From Candidatus Iainarchaeum sp. (GTDB lineage: Archaea; Iainarchaeota; Iainarchaeia; Iainarchaeales; JAZDEL01), in NCBI GenBank assembly GCA_043808785.1, contig JAZDEL010000009.1, positions 150,001 through 182,000 of the forward strand: a DNA stretch of 32,000 bases, read 5' to 3'. Positions within the stretch are counted from its first letter, which is position 1. Each line of letters starts with the position of its first letter. Position numbers and translations under genes: made by a program. The notes under the pieces were generated by a model. It did no database searches. It worked only from the letters and a program-made list of their open reading frames with translations, and was not told the origin of the DNA. Shown piece after piece: positions 21,518 through 30,080 of this stretch.

Positions 21518-22771
21518 ATGCTTACAGTCAATGCAAAGCAACGCGCACTCACGCTCCTGCTTGCGGCACTTGCAGCGGTTTCGCTATTTCATTGTGCCTC
21601 GGCAATAGGAGATTTGCGCCTTGAAATTCCCGTGCAGGGCATCGAGAGGGGCAATGGGGAGTTCGGGGTATCGGGCATTGCGCAGGGCGCTGTCTCTATA
21701 AGGGCATTTCTCGGCGATGTGGAAGGGGGAAACGAGATATTCAGCCGCACTGTGCAGCCAGATGAGCGAGGCAGGTTCAGCTATGTGCACCAGTTGACTA
21801 TGCGCGAGCCGAGCGGAAGATGGCTGCTGCTTGTAAGCGACGAGAACAGCACCGAAAGGCTTTCCCTGTACGTTCCCCCGACAAGGGAATCCTCGTTCCT
21901 TGTGGTAAGCTTCCTCAGCCCCTCGCCAACGAGATATTACCGAACCTCGGAACTCACTGTGTCGGCGCTTGTGCTGGATGCCGGCACCCCGATAAAGGGC
22001 GCAACGGTTTATGCGTGGGATATCTCCGGCAAGCGGCAGAAACTGCGGGACAATGGTGACGGGAGCTATTCCCTAAGCATGGACATACCGTATGACGCGG
22101 AAACAGGGGAGTTTGAAATACTTGCGCTTGCATTCGCGCGCCTTGAAGACGGGACGCTTGCAGGCGGGCAGAATTCCATGAAAATAACCGTGGAAAAAAA
22201 CCCGATTAACGTGGAATTCATTTCCCCGAAAACAGACGAGTATGCTGTCGGGGAGAACCTGCCCATAGAAATCAAACTTTCATATGCCGGGGGAAAGCCC
22301 GTAGAGGGCGCGAAAGTTTATGCTTTCGTGAATCTCCTTGCGCTCGACCTTGCGCCAAAGGGCGGGGGAATTTATGCAGGCACCCATTTCCCCAAGTACG
22401 CAAAGAACGATGTCATAACCCTGTCGGTCAAAGCCGAAGATTCCGCAATGAACAGCGGCGAAGCCCTGAAATCGCTGAAGCCGGGCAACTACCTCATTTG
22501 GCAATTGAAGAGCAACGCAATATTCTACATATTCCCCGCGCTCATAATAATTTACATCCTCTACATTTCACTCAAGGAATTCAGGGTTTTCTTCTCGAAA
22601 TCCATGCTCAAGAGGGAGAGGCAGGAACTGCTCAGGCTCAAGGTGCACCTGCATGAAGATTTTTACCGGCGCAACATAATAGGCGAGCGCACCTTCCAGC
22701 AGCGCAATGCGGAATACAACGCGAAGCTTGACAGGATAGAGGCTGGGCTTTCGCAGCTTAAAGATGCGTGA
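21518..22771 (+). CDS. Secreted single-pass surface protein, shorter paralogue of 17583-19388 (beta-sandwich repeats, a TM helix and the same cytoplasmic tail)
   Basis: The signal sequence is LTLLLAALAAVSLFHCASA. The blocks FLVVSFLSPSP..., INVEFISPKTDEYAVGENLPIEIKLSYAGGKPVEGAKVYA and GGGIYAGT align with the 601-aa protein. The TM helix is IFYIFPALIIIYILYISL. The 65-aa tail aligns without gaps to the other tail. Confidence 0.85.
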   Translation: MLTVNAKQRALTLLLAALAAVSLFHCASAIGDLRLEIPVQGIERGNGEFGVSGIAQGAVSIRAFLGDVEGGNEIFSRTVQPDERGRFSYVHQLTMREPSGRWLLLVSDENSTERLSLYVPPTRESSFLVVSFLSPSPTRYYRTSELTVSALVLDAGTPIKGATVYAWDISGKRQKLRDNGDGSYSLSMDIPYDAETGEFEILALAFARLEDGTLAGGQNSMKITVEKNPINVEFISPKTDEYAVGENLPIEIKLSYAGGKPVEGAKVYAFVNLLALDLAPKGGGIYAGTHFPKYAKNDVITLSVKAEDSAMNSGEALKSLKPGNYLIWQLKSNAIFYIFPALIIIYILYISLKEFRVFFSKSMLKRERQELLRLKVHLHEDFYRRNIIGERTFQQRNAEYNAKLDRIEAGLSQLKDA

Positions 22772-23480
22772 GGTCGAGAGGGCATGGACGCACTTTCAAA
22801 AAAAAATAGGCGCGTTCATCAAAAACCCGAAATTTGCAATCGCGCGGCTGTTCGGCAGGAGGCGCGGCTGGCAGGAAAGCGGCGAAGGCGGCGGGCTTAA
22901 GGCGAAAAACTACATGAGTTACGGGGAATACCTCGCGCACCAGAAATCGAAACTCGGGCTGATGCGGAAAGAAACACTCCTCAAACACGATGAAAAATAC
23001 CGTCCCGCGCTCATGGAAAGGCTTATGGGGAACGGCATCGCGAAGCGGGGCATGAACGTGCTCTGCCTGGGCGCGCGCACGGGCGCGGAGGCAAAGTCCT
23101 CCCTCGACCTCGGCTGTTTTGCGGTCGGCATAGATATCAACCCGGGAAAGGAAAACAAATATGTGCTTTACGGGGATTTCCATAAAATCCAGTTCCCGGC
23201 GCAGAGCGCGGACATCGTATTCACTAATTCCCTCGACCATGCCCTCGATTTCGGGCTGCTTATGAGCGAAATAAAAAGGGTGCTCAAGCCCGAGGGCAGG
23301 CTGATAATAGAAATCGCTGATAAAAAAGAGATGCCATGCCCCGGCTATTACGAGTCTGCGGCGTGGGAAAGCGCAGGGGACATAATTTCATTGTTCCTGA
23401 AATCCGGCTTCAGGGCGGAAAGCGAGTCGCGCTTCAGGGTTCCCTGGGAAGGCAGGCATTTTTCGCTTGCGTTTGAATAA
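22764..23480 (+). CDS. Class I SAM-dependent methyltransferase
   Basis: Motif I-like MNVLCLGARTGAEAKSSLDLGCFAVGIDINP; post-I/II ADIVFTNSLDHALD; motif III VLKPEGRLIIE. It overlaps the upstream gene by 8 nt. Confidence 0.85.
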   Translation: MREVERAWTHFQKKIGAFIKNPKFAIARLFGRRRGWQESGEGGGLKAKNYMSYGEYLAHQKSKLGLMRKETLLKHDEKYRPALMERLMGNGIAKRGMNVLCLGARTGAEAKSSLDLGCFAVGIDINPGKENKYVLYGDFHKIQFPAQSADIVFTNSLDHALDFGLLMSEIKRVLKPEGRLIIEIADKKEMPCPGYYESAAWESAGDIISLFLKSGFRAESESRFRVPWEGRHFSLAFE

Positions 23481-23528
23481 TTCTTTTCACAAGCCCCGGC
23501 TTGCGCTTGAACAGAAGGGACATTGCCT

Positions 23529-24398
23529 TTATTTCAATTCCTTATTTTTTTCAAGCAGCGCAAACCCTCCCGCGGGACGGCAAAACCTTTTCCCAAAAAG
23601 CAACGGGTCGAGCATCTCTACACTGCCCTCAAGCAGCCAAAACAATTTTCCAATCGCATTCGGTCTTTTTATCTCCAAAGCTTTGCCCGGGCTCGGAGGC
23701 CTGCCATACTTCGCCTCCTCAAACATTTTTTCCCTGGCAGGGCGGACAAATGACACCACCCTCCTTGCAATGGGCATAAAAAATTGCCCGTAAACCACGA
23801 ATTTCCTGACTGCAAATCCGGACTTTTCGGCAAGTTCCGCAAACTCGCTTTCCGAGTACAGCGAAACATGACCGTGGCAATCATCCTCCAAAAGCGTGCG
23901 CCTCAGGCGCTTTTTTGATTCCGGGATAAAGCCCGTGAAAACAACCAGCTTCCCCGCAGGCTTCAGCACCCTGTTGAACTCCCCCATGCATTTCAAGGGA
24001 TCCGCAACATGCTCCATGAAATCCATTGCGAATGCCTTGTCAAAATAAGCATCCCCGAACTCCAGTGCCGAGACATCGCCTGTTGAAAAGAAGGCGTTTT
24101 TGGCGCCGGCGGATTTTTTGTACTCTAACGCGAATTCTATTATCGGCGGGTTTATATCCACCCCGCATACTGCTTTGCAACAATCGGACAAATTGACTGC
24201 ATAATGCCCGGGGCCGCATGCCGCATCCAGCACCACATCGCCTTGCGCGGGCTTAAGGAAATTTTTCAGCAGCCTGAACTTGGCCCTATACCTGAAATAC
24301 GCCCCTGGGGAGAGTGATATCTGCGATTTCACATACTCCGCCAAATCCATAGTTGCATAATTTTTGGCCTGACCGGGATTCCCGTAGCATTCGACCAT
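23529..24398 (-). CDS. Class I SAM-dependent methyltransferase (Methyltransf_11-like) with a C-terminal extension
   Basis: VLDAACGPGHYAVNL...VCGVDINPPIIEFA...FDKAFAMDFMEHVADP...VLKPAGKLVVFT. Confidence 0.9.
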   Translation of the reverse strand: MVECYGNPGQAKNYATMDLAEYVKSQISLSPGAYFRYRAKFRLLKNFLKPAQGDVVLDAACGPGHYAVNLSDCCKAVCGVDINPPIIEFALEYKKSAGAKNAFFSTGDVSALEFGDAYFDKAFAMDFMEHVADPLKCMGEFNRVLKPAGKLVVFTGFIPESKKRLRRTLLEDDCHGHVSLYSESEFAELAEKSGFAVRKFVVYGQFFMPIARRVVSFVRPAREKMFEEAKYGRPPSPGKALEIKRPNAIGKLFWLLEGSVEMLDPLLFGKRFCRPAGGFALLEKNKELK

Positions 24399-24415
24399 GA
24401 GATAAGAAAGGGGCG

Positions 24416-24432
24416 AAATAGTTAAAATAAGC
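24416..24432 (-). promoter_or_regulatory. TATA box (core TTATTTTAAC on the minus strand), leaderless geometry
   Basis: The core centre at 24425.5 is 27 nt from the ATG at 24398. Confidence 0.45.
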
Positions 24433-24525
24433 TACATAGCCGCAAGACCGCTTCCCAGCCGAATAATAGCCCGCCTGCGGCACACGGCATATCAAGCAGC
24501 ACGGCCTGCCTAATGCCATACCTCG

Positions 24526-24537
24526 CTTTTTATATTC
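24526..24537 (+). promoter_or_regulatory. TATA box (CTTTTTATATTC), leaderless geometry
   Basis: The centre at 24531.5 is 27 nt from the ATG at 24558. Confidence 0.5.
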
Positions 24538-24557
24538 ACGAATGGCGTTATTAGTTT

Positions 24558-25403
24558 ATGCTCACCGCAGGAATCTGTGCATACAACGAGGGCAGGAGCA
24601 TCGGGAAGGCAATCGCTTCCGTTCTGCCACAGCTCGGAAGCAACGATGAATTGATTGTGGTCGCAAGCGGATGCACGGACAGCACAGCCCCTGTTGTGCG
24701 CGAAATTGCCGAAAAGGATGCAAGGGTAAGGCTTATGGAGGAGCCAGAGAGGCGCGGCAAGTCGTCCGCGATAAACTTTATCCTGAAGAATGCGAAAGGC
24801 GGCACAATAGTGCTTACAGACGCGGATGTCATTGTCGGCAGCGGCGCAATCAAGGCGCTCGAGGAAAGGCTCGAAGAAAGCGGCGCGGGCGCGGTTATTG
24901 CCAGCACGTGCCCCTACAAAACCGAAAACTTTTTCGACAGGCTGCAGGCATTCGCATGGCGCGCATTCAACAGCACGCGCGCGGAGCAGTCGCAGAGCGG
25001 GGAGCTTTTCGCGCTTAACGGCTATCTCAGTGCCTTGAGGGCGGGAATTGTGGAACAAATCCCCGAAGGAAATCTTGTCGAGGACTGGCTCCTCGGCTGG
25101 GAAATAAAAAAGGCGGGGCATGCGGTGCTCTATGAGCCGCGCGCGGAGGTTTATGTCCAGGCCGCGCAGAACCTCGGGGATTACATAAGGCAGAAGGAAC
25201 GCGTAAGGACCGGCCAGTGGCAGATGAGGCGCGAGGGGATGAAACTTTCATACCTGAGGAAGCCCGTGCACCTGAAGCACCTGCTGAAAAGCCCGTACGC
25301 TTTGCCATACCTTGCGCTTGATGCGGCAATACTTGCAAAGGCATTCCTGAACTTCAGCACAGGCAGGCGCGCATGGGAGCCTGTTGCATCTTCAAAAATT
25401 TAG
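24558..25403 (+). CDS. GT2 family glycosyltransferase
   Basis: LTAGICAYNEGRSIGKAIASVL...ELIVVASGCTDSTAPVVREIA...RGKSSAINFILKNAKGGTIVLTDADVIV (DxD) ...EDWLLGWEIKKAGHAV. Confidence 0.9.
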   Translation: MLTAGICAYNEGRSIGKAIASVLPQLGSNDELIVVASGCTDSTAPVVREIAEKDARVRLMEEPERRGKSSAINFILKNAKGGTIVLTDADVIVGSGAIKALEERLEESGAGAVIASTCPYKTENFFDRLQAFAWRAFNSTRAEQSQSGELFALNGYLSALRAGIVEQIPEGNLVEDWLLGWEIKKAGHAVLYEPRAEVYVQAAQNLGDYIRQKERVRTGQWQMRREGMKLSYLRKPVHLKHLLKSPYALPYLALDAAILAKAFLNFSTGRRAWEPVASSKI

Positions 25404-25426
25404 GCACGGCGCCGCGGCAAAAAACA

Positions 25427-25439
25427 AAAATTTATATTC
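25427..25439 (+). promoter_or_regulatory. TATA box (AAAATTTATATTC), leaderless geometry
   Basis: The core TTTATATT has its centre at 25434.5, 27 nt from the ATG at 25461. Confidence 0.5.
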
Positions 25440-25460
25440 AGGTCGGGCGTAATACTTCGG

Positions 25461-26477
25461 ATGAACTGGCTGCTTCTTGCCCTTGCTTTTGCGCTTGCAT
25501 TCATCCCAACGGCATATTACATGCCTCATTTTATAGGCCTGCTGCGCACAAGGAAGGAGCTGCTGCGCCCGGACATGAACAAAGCGGGGAAACCGCTGGT
25601 GCCTGCGCTCGGCGGGATTGCGCTTGTAACCGGCTTCATGTTTTCCCTCGCAAGCGTTGTCCTTATTTCGGTATTATTCTCCGCGAATTCGGTGAATCTT
25701 GCGGTGCTGCTGCCAGCAATGCTCACCCTTGCCCTCATAGCCCTGCTCGGGCTTGTTGACGACATAATTGTGATTCCAAAGAGGTTCACAAAGCCCATAC
25801 TCACGCTTTATGCCTCGATACCGATGATGGCGCTTGCAGGGCTGAACACGGTTATTTACCTGCCGCTTTTTGGGGGCATAGACTTCGGCATACTCTACGG
25901 CCTTGTTTTTGTCCCGCTTGCGATAGTCTTCTGCGCAAATGCCGTGAACATACTCTCGACATACAACGGAATCGAGGCCGGAATGGGCCTTGTTGCCGCG
26001 TTCGGGATTTTCCTTGCGGCATACATAAAAGGGGAATTCACTGGCATGCTGATTGCCGTGCCGTTCATTGCAGTGCTCATTGTTTTCCTGCGCTACAACA
26101 TGCTCCCCGCGAAAATATTTCCGGGGAATGTGGGGGCGCTTTTCATAGGCGGCGCGCTTGCTGTTGCAGCAATCCTCGGCAACGTGGAACGCACGCTCGT
26201 GATAATAATGATACCCTACTTCGCACATTTCCTCCTTTATTCCCGCAACCTCTTCAGATGGAAGCCCGAAATGTGGGGCGTTCCGCAAAAAAACGGCACG
26301 CTGAAATGCGGCTACAACAGGCCATACGGAATTATGCACTGGCTGATTATGAACAGGCAGGGCATGACCGAAAAAAAGGTTGTTTATTCCCTTATCGCAC
26401 TCGAGGCGCTGTTTGCGGCTGCGGCAGTTATGGCTGAATTAACGCGCCTCAGGATTCCGGAGGTTTTTGCGCTTTGA
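25461..26477 (+). CDS. UDP-GlcNAc:dolichyl-phosphate GlcNAc-1-phosphate transferase-like (GT4 MraY/WecA superfamily, ALG7/AglH type)
   Basis: About 10 TM helices. It has GLVDDIIVIPKRFTK (a DDxxD-type motif) and NAVNILSTYNGIEAGMG, which matches the eukaryotic/archaeal GPT motif N(A/S)INILAG(I/V)NGLE(V/A)GQ. Confidence 0.9.
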   Translation: MNWLLLALAFALAFIPTAYYMPHFIGLLRTRKELLRPDMNKAGKPLVPALGGIALVTGFMFSLASVVLISVLFSANSVNLAVLLPAMLTLALIALLGLVDDIIVIPKRFTKPILTLYASIPMMALAGLNTVIYLPLFGGIDFGILYGLVFVPLAIVFCANAVNILSTYNGIEAGMGLVAAFGIFLAAYIKGEFTGMLIAVPFIAVLIVFLRYNMLPAKIFPGNVGALFIGGALAVAAILGNVERTLVIIMIPYFAHFLLYSRNLFRWKPEMWGVPQKNGTLKCGYNRPYGIMHWLIMNRQGMTEKKVVYSLIALEALFAAAAVMAELTRLRIPEVFAL

Positions 26478-27069
26478 CAACAACCGAAATCGCAAGCCTC
26501 GGGAAAATTGCCGCAACAAAGTTAAACCAGTAAAAGCCGCAGCCTGTTGTTTTTTTTACTTCGAAACCGTGCGATTTTATTTTTTCCGTGATTTCATCCA
26601 TTGAATATTCGTGAAGGTGCAGCGGGTTTGTTGGCGGGTTCATGCCGAGAGCGCGCAGAATCCTCCTGTTCATCCTGTTCCTGTTCGGCACCGTGACTAC
26701 GAGCGTGCCGCCCGCCTCAAGCACGCGCAGCGCCTCCTGCAATGCCGCGCCCCCGTCCTGCATGTGCTCCATTATTTCGCTCATCACAACCGAGGAAAAA
26801 ACCCCGCCCCTGAAGGGCAGGGCTGCGGCGTCGGCAATCGCAATCCTGCTCCTGCGCTTTGCCCAGTGCTTCGACCATTCGCCGCAACATTTCAATTCAT
26901 TTTCTATCCCGAACGTGCTGTCCGCGCGCGCGAGGAAGCTGTCGGTCTGGCTTGCAACAAAGCAGCCCACGTCCAGCAGCCGCCCCCCCTGCGGCAACAG
27001 CCCGAGAACCAGCCTTGCCCTTGCCTTCCATAGCTTTTTGCTCCTGAAAGACTGCTCGCTCAGGCTCAT
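26449..27069 (-). CDS. Class I SAM-dependent methyltransferase
   Basis: GGRLLDVGCFVASQ...IADAAALPFRGGVFSSVVMSEIMEHMQD...VLEAGGTLVVTVPNR. The ATG at 27069 (MSLSEQ...) is preferred to the ORF-track start at 27243, because a TATA (27095-27108) sits about 30 nt upstream and the 58-aa extension looks non-coding. The 3' end overlaps the convergent GT4 gene by 29 nt. Confidence 0.85.
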   Translation of the reverse strand: MSLSEQSFRSKKLWKARARLVLGLLPQGGRLLDVGCFVASQTDSFLARADSTFGIENELKCCGEWSKHWAKRRSRIAIADAAALPFRGGVFSSVVMSEIMEHMQDGGAALQEALRVLEAGGTLVVTVPNRNRMNRRILRALGMNPPTNPLHLHEYSMDEITEKIKSHGFEVKKTTGCGFYWFNFVAAIFPRLAISVVVKAQKPPES

Positions 27070-27287
27070 GCCCCTGAGAATTTCAAAAAAGCCCACAATA
27101 AATAGAAGCCTTAACAAAATAAAAACCGCACTGCGGGAGACCGGCGCAGCAGAAATTAAAGAAACCTGAACCCGTGGAAAATTTGGTTGTGAAAAAGAAA
27201 AACCGCGGAAGCGGTTGGTTTGCGGGGTTTGCGAGCAGCGCAACCGCGCTATTCGGGCGCGCTAATCGGGCAGGGGCAATGAAAAGC

Positions 27288-27298
27288 GATAAATATAA
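27288..27298 (+). promoter_or_regulatory. TATA box (GATAAATATAA)
   Basis: The centre at 27293 places the TSS near 27320. The 13-nt leader has GGGGG 6-10 nt before the ATG at 27333. Confidence 0.45.
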
Positions 27299-27332
27299 GT
27301 TGCCACCAATTATTGCAAAATCGGGGGATACC

Positions 27333-29555
27333 ATGGCGGGAAACGGCATATGCAGGGCTGCGGCAGTTATTGTGATTTTTTTCGCGCTCGCCGCTCCCGT
27401 GCACGCATCATACGACAAAGGCAGATACAATACGGACGTGGATTACCTCGCCCTCCACCTTGCCGAGATAGATAAGGACGGCTTTACCAAATACAGCGAC
27501 GAATACGCGAGCTTCAGGTGGCGCAACCTCGCATTCCTCCCGGAAAAAATCCCCGTGATGGGGCTGGGGCCGCTCGCCTCAGACGCCCTTGTTGTAATGG
27601 AACTCAAAGACATAAACGGCACGGTTTTCATGCACACTTTCATAAATTTTGACGGCATGGAAAAATATCCCATAATAGAAGGGGCGGACTATTTTGAAGG
27701 CGACCCGAAGGCTCTCGGCCTTTTCAGGAAGGTTGACGATGCAAACGAACTTACCATCTGGCGCGAGCATCCCGTGATTTCAATCTTCGGCAACAGCATG
27801 TTCGACCCGCCGTCGGGAGTTCCTTTCAGGGTGAACAACAGCGGGGCATTCGGCAATATTTCGATATTTGTCCCGAAAAACCTGGCTATGCTGGATTATT
27901 ACAGCAACCAGTACATATTCAAGACAAACGAGAACTCGGTATTTGCATACCATTACAATGTAACCTCTGTTGTATATGCCGACCTCGGCTTCAAGCTTGC
28001 GATACAGATTGCGCTCGGCTTAATAACCATGCTCGTTGTTTTCACAATACTCTGGCTGTACAAATACATCCCGCAGTTCAACATAAGGCCGAAGCACTTC
28101 GTGCTTGCGATGCTTGCCTGCGGCCTGTTAATGGCACAACTGGCGTTTCTTATCCCCAACCCGAATGCGCTTAATATCGACTGGTGGCTGAAACCACAGT
28201 ACGGCGAGGAAGTGGTTCCGTTCTACCTGCGCTTTATCCTCGGCATGACCGATTCCGCGGACGGAATATTCATCCACAGCTTCAGCTGGAACGAGAACGA
28301 GCCGTTCAGCAAGGACAGGGGAACATTCCTCCTTATGAAAAGTGCTGGGAAAATTTACATCTTAGAGGGGCTTGAGGACAGCAGGGGCACTGTGCAGCTC
28401 ATAAAGGAAAATGCGGGCGCGGAAAAGGTCGAGTTAATATCGGAAGCACAGCTTCAGGAAAAGAAACAGGAGATGTCGCGCGCTTATCCGTGGGATTTCC
28501 TCTTCCAATACGTAAGGGCGCCGATATATTTCCTGTTCCTCATTATATCGTTTGCCGCCACTGCATTCATAATAACCCTTGCTTTCGAGATAAAAGGAGT
28601 GCGCGCATTGGTTGCTGCCGCGGTTATCCTGTTTGTGACGCCGTTCGCGCTCCAGTTCCTCAACATACTCGCCGGTTTCCAGGCGCATCTCCCGGTGACA
28701 TACCACGGCGCAAGCACGCTCCCGCTTACTATGTCATCGCGCTCGATCCCTTTCCTCGAGCAGGCGCACTCGGTAAGGGCTGTGCTGCTCATGCTCGGCG
28801 TAGGGTTTGCTTTCATTTTTGTGCGGGCGGTGCGCAGGCGCATCAGCATCCGCGCGTTCCTTGTGCCTATCCTTATATTCGCGCTTTTGCTGACCCTGCC
28901 GCAGACTGAATTTTCCGCAAAAAGGACAATAGGCGCCTTTGCATGCGGCGACTGCGGCATAAACTACCGCGGCCAGCTTGACTGGCTGAATACCATTAAC
29001 CTATATTCCGCGGTAAGGGCAAACAGCGACCTCTCGGCGCTCTTCGAGGAAAGTTCCCAGGACATGCTGAATAAGGCAAGGGGCCTGCGCCTGCAGGGAA
29101 AATACCCTGAAGCGATAGAGGCGTTCGAGGAGATACTTTATTCGAGGCCTATTGATAGGGACCTGATTCCTCCGCTGATTGAGCTTGCCGACCTCAGTTC
29201 ATATACCGGCGATTACGGGAAGGCGATAACCGCGCTGCAAATAGCGCTCGACACAGGCCCCGACCAGAGCGAAAAAGGCAACATACTGCTTGGATTGGGA
29301 ACCGTGTATGAAAGGCAGGGCGGCGCGGAGAATTTTAAGAAGGCAATGGACATTTACACCGAATGTATAGGGAGCGTTGGGGTCGAGGATTATGTTGTAG
29401 TGTGCATGTTCCGCAGGGCGGAGAAATACGGGCAGAACGGGGAATTCGCAAATGCGGTAAAGGATTATAAGGAAATAGTCGAAAAATACCCCGAACATAG
29501 GATGGCGCCTACGGCACGGCAGAGGCTGGAGGGCCTGATGGGGGCGAAAAAATGA
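27333..29555 (+). CDS. Large membrane protein: N-terminal extracytoplasmic domain, about 8 TM helices and C-terminal TPR repeats
   Basis: The start at 27333 gives the signal-like MAGNGICRAAAVIVIFFALAAPVHAS. The TPR-like helices are GKYPEAIEAFEEILYSRP, GDYGKAITALQIALDTGP, GNILLGLGTVYERQG and GEFANAVKDYKEIVEKYPEH. There are several N-x-S/T sequons in the N-terminal domain. Confidence 0.8.
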   Translation: MAGNGICRAAAVIVIFFALAAPVHASYDKGRYNTDVDYLALHLAEIDKDGFTKYSDEYASFRWRNLAFLPEKIPVMGLGPLASDALVVMELKDINGTVFMHTFINFDGMEKYPIIEGADYFEGDPKALGLFRKVDDANELTIWREHPVISIFGNSMFDPPSGVPFRVNNSGAFGNISIFVPKNLAMLDYYSNQYIFKTNENSVFAYHYNVTSVVYADLGFKLAIQIALGLITMLVVFTILWLYKYIPQFNIRPKHFVLAMLACGLLMAQLAFLIPNPNALNIDWWLKPQYGEEVVPFYLRFILGMTDSADGIFIHSFSWNENEPFSKDRGTFLLMKSAGKIYILEGLEDSRGTVQLIKENAGAEKVELISEAQLQEKKQEMSRAYPWDFLFQYVRAPIYFLFLIISFAATAFIITLAFEIKGVRALVAAAVILFVTPFALQFLNILAGFQAHLPVTYHGASTLPLTMSSRSIPFLEQAHSVRAVLLMLGVGFAFIFVRAVRRRISIRAFLVPILIFALLLTLPQTEFSAKRTIGAFACGDCGINYRGQLDWLNTINLYSAVRANSDLSALFEESSQDMLNKARGLRLQGKYPEAIEAFEEILYSRPIDRDLIPPLIELADLSSYTGDYGKAITALQIALDTGPDQSEKGNILLGLGTVYERQGGAENFKKAMDIYTECIGSVGVEDYVVVCMFRRAEKYGQNGEFANAVKDYKEIVEKYPEHRMAPTARQRLEGLMGAKK

Positions 29556-30079
29556 GGGCAAGGAATGCGGCACTGCTTATCGGGTTTTTCCTGCTTATGC
29601 TTATGCCGTCCGCGTTCTCGCGCGCAGGATTTGAAAGCCTTTTCGAGGCGCAGATTGCGAGCAGGGGCATGCTGCTTTATTTCGCCGCATTTGTTGTGCT
29701 GCTTGCAATCCCCTTTATGAACAGGTATCTGGCGATTGTGGCAATTTATTTTATAGCCTTTGCATTGAGCAGGGGGCTTATGCGCATAACCGACGAGCAG
29801 GATACCGTAAGGACGGTTTACAGCATCGGCGCGGGCTTCGAACTCGGTTTGAAGGTCGCTTTGCCGCTACTTGCAGCCGCGGCATTATGGCTCGGGATAA
29901 TTCTCCTGCTGAAGAGGCTGAAGTTTGTCTCCGCAACATCGGGAGAGGAAATAATCGAGCGCATAAACAGGGAAAGGCGCAAAGGAAAAAGCCTGGATGC
30001 AATAAAAGGCGAGCTAATCGGCGAGGGCGTGAGCGCGGAGGAGATAGGCAAGGCGCTCCGCGGGAAAGGGGGGAATTGA
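29552..30079 (+). CDS. Hypothetical membrane protein (4 TM helices) with a charged C-terminal tail
   Basis: It overlaps the upstream gene by ATGA. It has hydrophobic helices, then EEIIERINRERRKGKSLDAIKGELIGEGVSAEEIGKAL. Confidence 0.6.
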   Translation: MRARNAALLIGFFLLMLMPSAFSRAGFESLFEAQIASRGMLLYFAAFVVLLAIPFMNRYLAIVAIYFIAFALSRGLMRITDEQDTVRTVYSIGAGFELGLKVALPLLAAAALWLGIILLLKRLKFVSATSGEEIIERINRERRKGKSLDAIKGELIGEGVSAEEIGKALRGKGGN

Positions 30080-30080
30080 T

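Noticed and set aside
20982-21608. The 208-aa plus-strand ORF overlapping the 132-aa membrane protein ORF
   Set aside because: Its Cys/Arg/His-rich sequence has no structure. The alternative frame (20998-21396) encodes four clean TM helices and has a GGAG 7 nt before its ATG.
22798-22806. An A9 homopolymer near the 5' end of the methyltransferase gene, as a possible phase-variation or frameshift site
   Set aside because: The reading frame is intact through the run (FQKKIG), and nothing indicates slippage. A run of this length is not unusual on its own.
24510-25121. The 203-aa minus-strand ORF, and the 221-aa minus-strand ORF at 25674-26339
   Set aside because: They are antisense to the GT2 and GT4 genes, both of which carry canonical motifs. 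These ORFs have none.
27070-27243. The N-terminal extension of the methyltransferase ORF (start at 27243), and the upstream starts at 27174 and 27279 for the TPR membrane protein
   Set aside because: TATA positions (27095-27108 on the minus strand, 27288-27298 on the plus strand) and the signal-peptide-like start at 27333 favour the shorter versions. With the long versions the two divergent genes would overlap.
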